Shown here: one piece after another, positions 26,275 to 38,305 of the stretch
Numbering within the stretch: the first letter of the stretch is position 1
How the letters are laid out: the number at the start of each line of letters is the position of its first letter
Source: the human T2T-CHM13v2.0 reference genome, Homo sapiens
Reading direction: 5' to 3' (one strand)
Length of the DNA: 64,000 bases
Assembly: GCF_009914755.1 (NCBI RefSeq)
Contig: NC_060932.1
Translations under genes and position numbers: made by a program
Notes under the pieces: generated by a model
Database searches by the model: none
The model's input: the letters and a program-made list of their open reading frames with translations, nothing else
Told to the model about the DNA's origin: nothing

Positions 26275-27669
26275 AAATTGTGTTAAATTTGTACCTCAAT
26301 TTGGAAAGAATTGGTATACTATGTTGTGTTTTCCCATTCATGGCCACAGAATATCTCCCAGTTTATAGTATCATTGATTCTTTTGTCTGTGTTTTATAGG
26401 TTTCACCATATAAGTACTGTACATATGTTATTAGATTTACATCTGAGTATTTCACCTTTCTTAAGTAATTGTAAGTGGTACTGAATTTTTAATTTCAATT
26501 TCCACATGTTTATTGCTAGAATATAGAAATGCAATTGATGTTTGTATGTTGATCCTGTATCCTGCCACCTTGCTAAACTCAGTATTTCTAGAAGTTTTTT
26601 GTGTCTATGTGAGCATATTTCTTAGGGTTTTCTATGTCAGTTATCATGTCATCTGCAAATAGAGACAATTTATTTCTTTCTTTCCAATCTGTATGTCTTT
26701 ATTTCCTTTTCATGTCATTTTGTGCTGCCTAAAACTTCTAGCACTATTTTGATTACACATGGTTAGAGGGCATATCCTTCCTTGTTTCTGATCTTAAGAG
26801 GAATTAATAGCCTTTCATAAATGAGTATATGTTATTTATAGGGTGTTTTTATAGGTGTTCTTTATAAAACTGAAGGTATTCTCATAATATGCTGCTGAAT
26901 TTTGTTTGCTAATTTTTTGTTGAGGATTTTTACATTTATATTTATAAGGAGTATTTGTTGGTAGTTTTATTTCATGTAGTGTGGTCTCCCTGCCTGGCTT
27001 TGATATCAGTGTAATATGAGCCTCAGAAAATAAGTTAGGAATTGTCTGCTTATCTTCTATTTTTTTGGAAGACTTTGAGAAGTGTTGGTGTTAATTCTTT
27101 AAACATTTGGTAGAATTCAACAATGAAGCTATTTACTATTTGGCTTTTCTTTGTTGGGAGATTTCTCATTACTGATTCAATCACTTTACTTATTATGGGC
27201 TTAATAAAATTTTTTATTTCTTCTTGAGTCAATTTCTTCTTGAGTAATTTGCATATTTCTAGAAAATTGTCCACTTCACCTAGGTTATCTAATTTATTGG
27301 GGTACAAGTGTTCATAGTATCATCTCATACTTTTTTTTATTTCTGTAAGTTCATTGGAATGTCACCAATTTTATTTCTGATTTTAGGTTTTTGTGTCTTC
27401 TTGCTTTTTAAAAATATCAGCTAAACTAGACTGATTTTTTTTTTTTTTAAAAAAAGCAAGAAGATGCAAAAACTTTGTCAATTATGTTGATCTTTTCAAA
27501 GTACCCACTTTTGGTTTTGTTGATTATTTTGTTTTCTAATTTCATTTATTGTTGCTATAATTTTTATTATTTCTTTTCTTCTGTTAACTTTGGTTTTAAT
27601 TTGTTCATTGTGTCAGTCAGAGATCTTCAAAACCAATAGAAGATATACAAACCAAACATTGGTTTAAAG

Positions 27670-27872
27670 ATGTAACACCAATTATACATAATCTCTTCCA
27701 GAAATTAGAAGAGGAAGAAACATATTGTAAATCATTCTATGAGGTAAATGTTACCCTAATAATAAAACCAAAGACATCAGAAAAAAAGAAAACTACAGAC
27801 CAACATCTTTCTTGAATAAATATGCGGACATTCTTAACAAAGTAATAGTAAAGAGAATTCAGCAATATGTAA
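27670..27872 (+). mobile_element. L1 ORF2 fragment in the opposite orientation
   Basis: ctcttccagaaattagaagagg...tcattctatgagg...aaactacagaccaa is sense-strand L1 ORF2 sequence. Confidence 0.75.
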
Positions 27873-28929
27873 GTTGGCTTTTCCTTTACAGTGTTCACTT
27901 TGATTCTGTTTCCCACATTTCTGGCAAAGCTAATTCTGAGAGTTTCTGCTTGATTTTTTGTGTTGTTTTTGTGTTTTGGCAAAGCAAATTCTGAGAGTTC
28001 CTGCATGATTTGTGTGTTGTTTCTGTGGAGGACAGGGTGCTTGAAGCTGTATACTCTGCCATTTTTGCTGATCGCTGATTATTTCTTTAAAGTTTCCTCG
28101 GCTGACTCTAGTGAGGAGCCTAGGTAAGAACCATTGATGTCACTGCCTCCTTCCCCACTGTAATTTATTGCCACTATACCTCTAGTTATATCAAATAGCT
28201 TGTTGCCGTGGAGTCCTCTTATGCATTTGTTACTGTCTTTGAGGTTTCAATGCAAGGTATTCTACCTTTACTGACTCTTCCAGGGAGAAACATACAACCT
28301 CTTTACCACTTTTATAATTGCATATTTGTTTGCCTTCTCAACTGAATTGACTCTTTGAGGGCAAACCCTTTCTCTTACTCACCTTTCATACCATAATGTC
28401 AGACCCATAGTCAAGAGATGTTAAGTGAACCACAAACTATGTGTAGTAAGTGCTTGCTAAAAGTACATCAATTAAAAATGGTTTCTGGGTCTTAGTCTAA
28501 AGAGAAACAAACACTCACAATCTTTTGCTTTCTGTTTGGAACATCATTTTCTTTCTCAGGCAACAGCAGCCCCAGTAAGGATAACCAAAAGATATGAACA
28601 AAAATAACTGCAGTAAGAGAAATAGTTCTTAGTCTCAGACCCTACCAGTTTAATAAGTGGAGGTGCTACCTCATTTCCAAATGCATTCCTTCTCTTGGAA
28701 ATGTGCAGGGATGGGTGCCTCCTGTGTCTACCTGCTGCAGCCTTGGGGCCATGCTCTGTTCTGCTGTCTTGACCTTAACTGCTGTAGCTTCTCTGGGCCT
28801 TGCAGATTAGGGATGTGTCACTTCTCCCTGTCACTGTCCATGTCATCCCAAGTGTCCATGCTTCCCATTTCACTGCCAACCCACGGGCTCTGGTAGCTAT
28901 GGATCCAGTCAGACACCTAATAGCTACAG

Positions 28930-29294
28930 TGTCTTAGTCCGTTCAGGCTGCTGTGACAGAATACCACACACTGCATGGCTTAAAATCAATAGAAATTTAT
29001 TTCTCACAGTTCTAGAGACTGCAAAGTCTGAAACCAAGGCACTGGTAGATTTGGCGACTGGTGAGGGCCCACTTCCTAGTTCATAGAGAGCTGGATTCTC
29101 ATTTTGTCCTCATATGGTAGAAGGGACAAAGGAGCTCTCTGGGGTCTCTTTTATAAGGGCACTAACCTCATTCATGAGAGGTCCACCTGATGACCTAATC
29201 ACCTTCCAAAACCCCACCTCCTAATATCATCACACTGGGAAGTAGGATTGTGACATAGGAAGTTTAGGGGGATGCAAACATTCATTCTACTGCA
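28930..29294 (-). mobile_element. MLT1A0-like MaLR LTR
   Basis: TGTCTTAGTCCGTTCAGGCTGCT...AGAAATTTATTTCTCACAGTTCTAGAG. Confidence 0.85.
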
Positions 29295-30602
29295 TATGGA
29301 TTCAGGCATTAACTCTATCCGCTATATTTTAAAACATTTGTTGGTTTAAGAGGTATCATTGTATTTCACACAGAGGTGGCCTTGAGAGCTCAGACTTTTA
29401 TAGACTATATTATTCAAATGCTCTTTAGTCTCCTAACTCTCCAACTTGAAGACTTGAGCCTTTTTGTGTTAAAAATGTGAATTCTCACCATTCTCTCTTT
29501 CTTAGAATCAGAGTCTTAGTTCTGAGTTGGGCCCAGGAGTTGTAGTTTGTGACATATGCCTTAGGGGATGCTGATGCAGGCCTCATGGGCACAGGCAGCA
29601 CAGAGATAACTATTGTCATCATCGTTTGCCAGTTGTAAGCACTCTAAGCATCACAACAGTGCTTACAGTTCACCTGAGGTTCCACCTGATTCACATATTT
29701 ATTTGTAATGATATCTGGAAATTAACAATTAAAATTTTTAAATTTATATTTTTAAATTAGAACAAAGTAACATGTATGTCCTGGTTAATATAAATCATAT
29801 ATTGCTGCTGGACTTGTAACAAAATCAACAGTTCCTTCACCCCATCCTTCCTCACCCTTGACCCACCTATCCCCGGGAAACCCACTTTTAATCATTCCTT
29901 TTTAATTTTGTTGTGGTGCTCATTTCTTTAATCAAAATTATGTTAAGTGCTGTTTAATACTTATTTTCAGACATTGTCATCCTCTTGCAATGACGGTTGC
30001 AGAGATTCTTCACTTAGTACACTCATTGCTGCTCTCCTATTTTTTATTTCCTTGACTATATCTTCTGTCTTTAAAAAAATCTACGTAAGCCTAAATTTCC
30101 TATTCCATTGAGCATAGGCAGTCTCGTGAGTCCCTACTCTATAAAAGGATGACATTCACTTCCACACTTTCTCTTTACCTCTTCTTCCTGGCCCACCTTC
30201 CAATCTATGCAAGTGCTCAAGGTCGATGTCATTTTTATTATTTATAATAAAATTATAATTATAATTAAATTATAAGTGTTCTTCAACCTGGGACTTTATG
30301 AATATAGACAATACAAAGGATTTAATGATAAAGCTTACTATGGAATGAGAATCATAGTTTGCAGTTTAAGTAGCATGATTTTATGCAACAATTATGCCTA
30401 ACATATATTAATATGCTTAAATGGTATTCTTAGATTAGCTTTCACTCTTTCTTCATTTAAAACTGATAAAAACTTTAGCCAGCTAGCTTTATCTATTGTA
30501 TATTTCCCTCTTTTCTTGTTGCTTGAGTTCCATCAACCCTGTGCAGTTTTTGCCTACTGTGTATCTGCACCAAATGCTTGCTGCTTACTTGTAGCTGAAT
30601 CT

Positions 30603-31410
30603 TGTTAAAGAAAAAAATTCTGTCTGGACATGGTGGCTCATGCCTGTAATCCCAACACTGTGGGAGTCTGAGGCTGGAGGATCGCTTGAACCCAGGAGTT
30701 AGAGACCATCCTGGGCCACACAGTGAAACCCTGTCTTGCCAAAAAATTTTTTTAAAAATTAGCTGGGCATGGTGGCACATACCTATGGTCCCAGCTACTC
30801 AGGAGGCTGAGGCAGGAGGATCACTTGAACCCAGGAGTTTGAGGCTGCAATGGGCTGTGATTGCGCCACTGCGCTCCAGCCTGGGTGACAGAGAGAGACT
30901 CTGTCTCTATAAAAAAAAGAAAAAGAAAAGAAAAAGTTATTCAATGACGCTTGTTAAAGTACAGTTAAAGAAGACTGTATTCAGGACGATCTCAATAGGT
31001 ATAGGGACCATTGTAACAAGGTCTTGCATAGCAATGGGGAGAGAGATTGGGTTTAACTCCAAATACATCATGGGCAAGTGGGAGTTGATAGCCAAGGAGT
31101 AGGGTTGGGGTCAATGAATAGAAAATTAGTAAGAGGTAGCATAAGGGAAAGGGGAATTCTGGCTAAACTGACCTACAGGATTCTTGTTGAAGGCAGGCAG
31201 GGTGATCAGGCATCACCTGGCAGCTGGTGGGGATGAGGAACCTGATCAAGATATTGAGGATGATCCAGTATTGAGAATAGGAGCTTCTTGTTAAACTACC
31301 TAAGCAGTGCACTTTGCTAAAACTGGATTTTATAAGAAAGCACAGAGATGGGCCTTAGCAGAAGATTCAGAAGCCTGACTAAAGTTTGGCCAAGCAAGGA
31401 CTCTATGTCA
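30603..31410 (-). mobile_element. MER67/MER31-type ERV1 LTR with an AluJ (~30626-30932, +) near one end
   Basis: Ends ...GCCTGACTAAAGTTTGGCCAAGCAAGG...TGTCA, the reverse complement of the family's 5' end. Confidence 0.7.
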
Positions 31411-32767
31411 GTGGACAAGGTGGACTTTGTTACTCAAACATCCTTTGACCTAGTCTTGGGTACAATTGTTTCACATATCTTGACAGCAGAATGCAATATG
31501 CTATGCTCCCTTAGGAGGAAACTATAGCATTAATCTCAAGTGCTTGCTTAAAGCAGTTCTCAGTCTCTGCACCTCTAATGGCTCCAGATTTCAATTTCTA
31601 TTAATAGCTTCCATTTGATTTCTAAGAATGTCTTTCTTCCACAAAAAGTGGATAAAATACTTGATTTTGGTTTTATATAATCTAAGAAGGGTGTGTGTAT
31701 ATGCTTGCCTGAATTTTAATAGTTAGAATTCTGGTAGACATACAACCTGTTACATACTATGCAGTTTATATTTTACTATCCTTTATTCTCTCTTTATCTC
31801 ATCTGAAACATCAGCTCCTCAGAGAAGTTTTCCTTCTTGTCCCAGCCCCAGTCACTCTCCATCCCAGGTCCCCTTTTTGTTTTCATCGTAGCTCTTTTAG
31901 CTATGTGCAGTGATGCCATATGTGTGTTTGTGAGTCTTACCCCACTAGTATGTGAGTTCTGTGCTAGCAGGTACTTTGTTCCTTTTTCTCTCTCAGTGCT
32001 GTATCCTGAAAGCCAACAGTGACCAGTAGGGAGTGGCTTAGTGAAGATTGTTAGAAGGGACAAAATCTATCTATCTACTTCCTGGTACAGAACCAGGCTA
32101 TGTTTCCCAGCAAGCTGCGTAGTGGCTTGGCCAAATGACTAAATGTTCATGAATGAAATGTGAGCAGTGGTGATCTGTGCCCTTGGAGACTTATGCCTTA
32201 CGACAGTGTCTGCATTCTCCAGGGTCTCCTTCCCTTTCTCCCAGTGATCCAGCTTCAGCCAGGCAGATGTCACCAATGCCCTAAGGGAAAGAATGAGGTT
32301 CCTGAATATGAATCGCTTCCAAAAGTAGAGCTGCCCCACCAAAAAGATAGCTTACAGCTTGCAACTGTTAATGTGAAAAGAAGTAGGTTTTTTGTTTGAG
32401 TCTTTGTATTGTTGAGGCGCTTTGTAATGGTAGTGTCAACGAAAAGTCAAACTCTGTAAAATATTTAAAGATATTTATTCTGAGCCAAATATGAGTGACC
32501 ATGGCCCATGACACAGCCCTCAGGAGGTCCTGAGAACATGTGCCCAAGGTGTTTGGGGTGCAGGTTGGTTTTACAAATTTTAGGGAAGCATAATCTATCA
32601 ATCAAATACATTTAAGGAATACATTGGTTTGTTCCAGAAAGGCAGGTCAACTTGAAGGGGGCGGAGCTTCCAAGCTATAGGTAAATTTAAACATTTCTGG
32701 TTGACAGTTGATTGAGTTTTTGTCTAAGGACCTGGGATCAATAGAAAGCAAACATTCAGATTAAGAT

Positions 32768-33213
32768 TGTTAGGGACAAATCACCCTGAAAGTGCTTCTT
32801 GGTACTGCCAACAACCCCCCTCTAAACTTCTCCGGGCTACCCCTCCCCTTCCCCTAAGACTTTTTACATTTCTAAGCCCTTATTTAGGCACCGTGGTGGA
32901 GCCAGCAGACCACTTATCAGACCTTGCTGCGATGAGCAAATCCCAATTACAAACCATCCAGACCACACGGGGGAGGTCGTGGGAAGCATAAGCAAAATTT
33001 ACCTACACCCCCATGTATCATAAACATCATAAGGCGGTTTGTGGCAGAATTAACCAGCAAACAACCCCAGGGTCTCTCTGCCCCGTATAAACCCCTCATT
33101 TTTTAAGCTCAGGGCTGCCTCCTCTGTCTGTAATGGAGCAGCCGGCAGGTTGAATAAAGGTTTGCCTGAACTTGGGTCTCTCTCTCTTGTCCTTTCTCTT
33201 GGCTGACCTTACA
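32768..33213 (+). mobile_element. Solo LTR, family not assigned
   Basis: TGTTAG...CTTACA, TATA (gtataaa), AATAAA, 5-bp TSD AAGAT. Confidence 0.85.
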
Positions 33214-33509
33214 AAGATAGAAGATTGTGGAAACCAAAGTTCTTTTGAAGTCTCATGGCGGCTCCCCTTAGAAACAATAGATGACAAATGTTTCCTATTC
33301 AGACCCTTTAAAGAGTGCTAGACTCTCAGTTAATCTATTTAGAATTGGAGGGGCCTGGAAGGAAAATGTCTAGTTGTGTTAATAGGGATTCTTTACAGAT
33401 ACGAATTTTCCCCCACAAAGGATGGCTTGCAGAGCTATTTCAAAATGTGACAAAAAACATGTTTTGCCGGTAAAATATTTTTATTTTCTCCCTTGTCTCA
33501 TAATGTTAT

Positions 33510-34024
33510 TGACAGAACAGGAGCATCGCCATCTTGGATGAGCACCACCATTTTAAAGTTCAGCTTGATCAAAAGCTGCCCAAATCCAAAGGGCGTCAGC
33601 CTAATGGCTAAGGTCAGCATGATCATAAAGCACAAATGACATTTATCACCAGAAACATTCCAAACATAAGATAAACCTGTCCCCGACCAGAGACATGCCA
33701 GCCCCGAGATTACCTCCCCTCCGGCTGGAGAGATGTCAGCCCCAAGATAACCCCCGTCCTGCCGGAAAGATGTCAGCCCCGAGATAACCTCCCCTCTGAG
33801 CAGAGACATTCCAACCCCACCATAAACTTCTCCCCTACACGGAAACATTCCAAGCTTGTGATAAGCTCTCTCACCCTAAAACCAATAAATTCTCTTAGTC
33901 TGTAAGAGATAGCATTCCTGACCAAAATCGGCCAGAAGCCCCTCTCAGGTTTATTCTCCAAAATAAATATGTCTTTGACTGTGGAGCCACTTTTCATGTT
34001 TCTTTCCACTTTCTTTAATTTACA
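33510..34024 (+). mobile_element. LTR19-like solo LTR
   Basis: TGACAGAACAGGAGCATCGCCATCTTGG start, internal CAGCCCC.AGATAACC repeats, 5-bp TSD GTTAT. Confidence 0.8.
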
Positions 34025-34468
34025 GTTATGCCAGAATCAGGTTTGGAAAATAAGTCACAATATATAGGGTTAAATAAAACCTGTCTGATGAGAATCTATG
34101 GTTTGTAGGGCATGACTCCCTAGACACCTTAGATAGGAATTTGGGCAAGATAAAAAAAAAATCAGAGTTTAGTCATCAGTAGCTTAGCTTTTTACCCTAA
34201 TAAAGTAAGTCTTAAATAAGTATTTGTTGAACAAAATGTTAGGGCTTAGAAACTGATACTCCAAGATATGGTAGTTTGATATGCTGAACTGAAGGAGCCT
34301 CAAGGTCTCTCTGACTCTCCCCTCTCTCTAGTCTCTCAATCCTCTGTCTCTCCCAAAACACAGGCTAAAGTTGTTCTCTGAAGTTCCCTTGTCTGCCCAA
34401 AGTCCAGACCTACCAAAGAAGAAAACAATTATCTCTGATTTCTTCCCTGAGTTTTCATTAACTGAACT

Positions 34469-35317
34469 TTTTACTGAAACACCAGGGATTCTGTCTAGGA
34501 CTTGCTGCTCCATGTACAGAATGCCAATCACTGACTCAATGAGTATTGCCAGGGAAGAAGGCTTTATTGGGTGCTCAGTGGAGGAGAACAGGAGGTCAGT
34601 CTCAAATCTGTCTCTCCAACTGACCAAAATTGGGATGTTTATGATGCAGGATTTTTTGCTCCTTAGTTCACCTAACATCCTGGTTCTTGTTACATAACCA
34701 GGAAAAATTAGGCATGTGGAAACATTGAAAGGTGAGGAGAGCAGAATTTATTAAAAGAAAGCTCTCAGTGAATAAAAAGGGGGTCCTGACAGCAGGCTCC
34801 CACCTCACAGATTGAATATCAGGGCACCACACATACAAGCTGAGGAGTCCAGGCTCCTCCCTACTGCATAAGGTGCTGATCCCTGGTGGCTCCACCCCAT
34901 ACTCCCAGTGTGCAGGCAGGCCCCCAGTCCATTGTGGGCATGTCCAGACAAGGCCCTGGGCATGTTCCCCCTCTGCACAAAAGCATCTGATATGAACACT
35001 TGTGGGATGGATTGGAGATTCTCCAGGTAGCCTCCCTTATCTGCCTCCTGCATCTATCATTTATATAGAGGGGAAGGCAGGGAAAACAGAAATTAGGGAG
35101 GAGTAAGGAAGCAATTATGATGGATACGAGGTCTGGCATCTCATTGTCTGGATGCGGTGATCTGACGAGTTTTAGTCCCTTGCCTGAGGGTCAGTTTCCT
35201 GAAGAAGGAACACAGTTAAGACAAATATAAGTTTTAAATATTAAGATGGAGGGTCCATTTCTGTGTTATTCAAAAACCCATATATATCATTTCTATGAGA
35301 CAGTTGGGCCTATTTCA
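34469..35317 (-). mobile_element. MER4-group ERV1 LTR (LTR35-like, name uncertain), middle layer
   Basis: 4-bp TSD AACT (34465-68 / 35318-21); ends ...CAGTTGGGCCTATTTCA. Confidence 0.7.
34642..35059 (-). mobile_element. MER61 solo LTR with a p53 response element, inner layer
   Basis: Ends ...CCCTTATCTGCCTCCTGCATCTATCA; TSD TTTA (34638-41 / 35060-63); p53 half-sites at 34936-34967. Confidence 0.85.
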
Positions 35318-35809
35318 AACTCATATCACAGGAAGCAAGAAACCATTGTCTGCCCTGTGGGCCCAAACAAAGTTTGTCCCAGGTTACTGAGTGTTTTTCA
35401 AGCCCATCGAATTCCCCTAAAACTAATTTACTACTCCCTAAAATAATCTACACTTTTCCATCGTCCTTTCCCCTAAGAAGAAAGGTATATAACCATCTGT
35501 ATACTTTATGCGTGATGCAGCAATCACTCTGTGATTTCTCCTGCTCCCTGCACACTAATCAATGGGTATGCCATTTCTCCTATCAATCTGCCTTTGTCAG
35601 TTTATTTTCAGTGAACCTTCAGAGGTTGAAAGGAAAGTTTTCATTAGTCCCTACAGAATGAAAGAATGAATAATCGTATTTCCATTTATAGTTGGGGAAA
35701 CAGAATAGAAACTTACAGGTGTTGCTCAAGGTCACCTAATTTTGGATTTAATCCCAATTCTCATTCCAAAGCCCATGATTTATTCTGTGCATTAACAGTT
35801 CATTCTTTT

Positions 35810-35955
35810 TTTAAAATAATTTTTTTGTGTGTGTTTATAGAGACAGTGTCTCACCATGTTGCCCAGGCTGGTCTCAAACTTCTGGGCTCAAGTGATCCTT
35901 CTGCCTCAGGCTCCCAAAGTGCTGGGATTATAGGCATGAGCCATCACACCCAGCT
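35810..35955 (-). mobile_element. Alu left monomer (FLAM-like)
   Basis: Left arm only. Confidence 0.8.
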
Positions 35956-36008
35956 AGTTGTAACTTAAGCTTTAGCCACATGAAGACTACCAGAAGAGCT
36001 CCTCAGGT

Positions 36009-36465
36009 TGAGACAGAAATAATACAGGGTGGTCACAGGAGAAAATTCTAGGCAGCAGTTTCACATGGCTAGCCAAAGAAAACTGTTGAAATGGCTGCAT
36101 GAGCTAGGGGATGAGAAAACCTGAAAACCAGGGAGTGGACCAAGCTTACTGAGACCAACTGGACCCAACATGGTGCTGGATTTGACCTAGGTTTTACCTA
36201 GGACCTCATTATATGCTCAGTAAAACATTAAATCCATTACCCACCAGTGCCATGACAGTTTTGGGAACATCTATATTTGGGGTAAAAATAGGTGGTACCG
36301 CAGTTCCAAGGAATCTTCACCTTTTTCCAGGAATCGGTGTGAATATTCCTTGGTTAAAGAAGTAGAAGCCTCAAACCCCATTGGGTGCTACTCTCTCTCG
36401 AGTACAGTTGCACTCCCTACTCCCCTTTCTTGATTACTTACTTCTTGCTTCGCAATAAATCCCCA
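36009..36465 (+). mobile_element. MER41E-like LTR, 3'-truncated, abutting an Alu 3' fragment with a (CCAT)n tail (~36466-36582)
   Basis: TGAGACAGAAATAATACAGGGTGGTC start; GAS-type motifs at 36304 and 36325. Confidence 0.75.
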
Positions 36466-37675
36466 TAGCCTGCGAGGTCAAGGTTACAGTGAGCCTTGAC
36501 TGTGCCACTGTACTCCAGCCTGGGCAACAGAAGGAGACACTGTCTCAATCCATCCATGCATCCATCCATCCATCCATCCATCCGGGTATTGCAAGGAGTT
36601 AAAAAAAACTCCCACACAAATTTAGGTTTTATTTTCAGATAAGCTCTTCTATCCATCCAGAATGAAAAGGTATCACAGGTTACTCACTTGAAGCTGCATC
36701 CTCCTTAGAGGAACTTTCACAGAAGCTGTGTCCCATCCTCCCTTTGCTGATTTGAAGCCCAAATTTCAACCCATGCAGAATCTTTTAGGGAAATTCTCAA
36801 GACCGTAATTATATTTTACCACTATAAAGGTGGACTGTAGTTTCTGCAGGTGACCACGTTGAAAAACATTTCTTCTTTTACTGAAAATTAAACTACTTCC
36901 TACGTATTCTTTGCAGAGAGGACCAAGAGCTGGCTCTGAGTCTCTAAGTCCCAGTAGTGTGGGGAGTGACAGCCTCCACCCTAGTGTCCTGGGCTCCACC
37001 CCCAGCAATTTGAAGTTGCAAGGTCTCAGACAGCACCCAGAGTTTTGGGGACTTCTTTTCCAAGTGTGAAAGGAGGCTCCTTTCCAATCATTATGTTTTA
37101 AATTTACTTCAGAGCTCCAAGGGACCACTGACAGAAGAGTTTTTTAATAGTCTTTTTATTTTTCACCCAGAGTAACATTTAAAAATAACAAGATATTTTA
37201 TGCATCAGTTGCTTCACATCTTCTACTGGAGCAAACTTTTTGTTGGTAGTGTTTTGTTGTTGGCTGATGTTTCAAAGTTCCAAGAACTTGAGCCTCAAAC
37301 CTCACAGAGAAGTGACTACAAAAATGTTCTTTCCTTATTTATCATGAGGCTAACAATAGTACCTACCTCACAGCCTCATCTAGAAGATTCCATAAGTCAA
37401 CGTTGATTGTAAAGCACTCAGGTCACTGCCTGGCACATAAGGAGTGCCATTTATCAGTTTGTGAAGTGAAACCATGGTCAAGTTTTGTAGTGGCTGCTTT
37501 GCCCTGGCCAAGGGAAACTGCTGCTTTCTTTTATAGCTGTTAGTAGCATTAAATTGCAACTCTACCTTTCTTATTTAGGGGTACTAAGGGGGGAACTTCA
37601 CTTTGTGACAAAAATATAACAAAATCTTAAGCATACAGAAGTGCTAGAACAAGGTGTAAAAACAAAAAGAACATC

Positions 37676-38064
37676 TGTATTAGTCCATTCTCACACCGCT
37701 ATAAAGAACTACCTGAGACTGGATAATTTATAAAGAAAAGAGGGTTAATTGGCTCACAGTTCCATAGGCTGTACAGGAAGCATGGCTGGGGATGCTTCAA
37801 GAAGCTTACAATCATGGCAGAAAGTGAAGGGGAAGCAAAGACATCTTCACATGGCCAGCAGGAGAGAGAGAGAGAGAGCAAAGGGGGAAGCCCTACATAC
37901 TTTTAAACAACCAGAGCTAGTGAGAACTCACTCACTATCACCAGAACAGCAGGGGGGTAAATTGACCCCATGATCCATTCATCTCCAACCAGATCCCTCC
38001 CCCAATATTGGGGATTACAATTCAATATGAGATTTGGGTGTGGACACAAATCCAAACCATATCA
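37676..38064 (-). mobile_element. MSTA-like MaLR solo LTR
   Basis: TGTATTAGTCCATTCTCAC...AAATCCAAACCATATCA. Confidence 0.88.
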
Positions 38065-38305
38065 TCACCTTATGCTTTTGTTCTGTTCCCATGTTGGCAT
38101 TTATCTGGAGCCTGGAGTAGCAGTGCCAGATATTCCTTATGACAGTTTATCAAAGCCGGCTTTGCAGAGGTGAAGGAAGCATGGCCACATGGCAGTGAGC
38201 CAAGAGCGCAAACTGTGGGATCCAAGAGTGGCCAAGGCTTTCTTGCTACATGTAGGAAATGGTATTTTTGATACACATCTCAGATAATTCTGATAGAGGT
38301 AGCTT

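Larger units (their letters stand above)
23575..27610 (-). mobile_element. Old L1M (L1MC/MD-like) 3' UTR plus ORF2 remnant, interrupted by THE1, AluJ (~24850-25153) and LTR7
   Basis: ORF 27050..27307(-) YPNKLDNLGEVDNFLE...LPTKKS...FIVEFYQMFKEL is homologous to L1 ORF2p; typical antisense T-rich L1 sequence. Confidence 0.85.
32434..34178 (-). mobile_element. MER4E-like solo LTR hosting two nested LTRs
   Basis: TG...CA ends with 4-bp TSD GTAG (32430-33 / 34179-82); the sequence rejoins across both inserts. Confidence 0.88.
34237..35655 (+). mobile_element. MER39-like LTR, outer layer of a three-level nest
   Basis: TGTTAGGGCTTAGAAAC start, ...TCAGTGAACCTTCAGAGG...CCCTACA end. Confidence 0.75.

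Noticed and set aside
27050-27307. ORF resembling L1 ORF2p
   Set aside because: Short decayed remnant of an old L1; not a functional gene.
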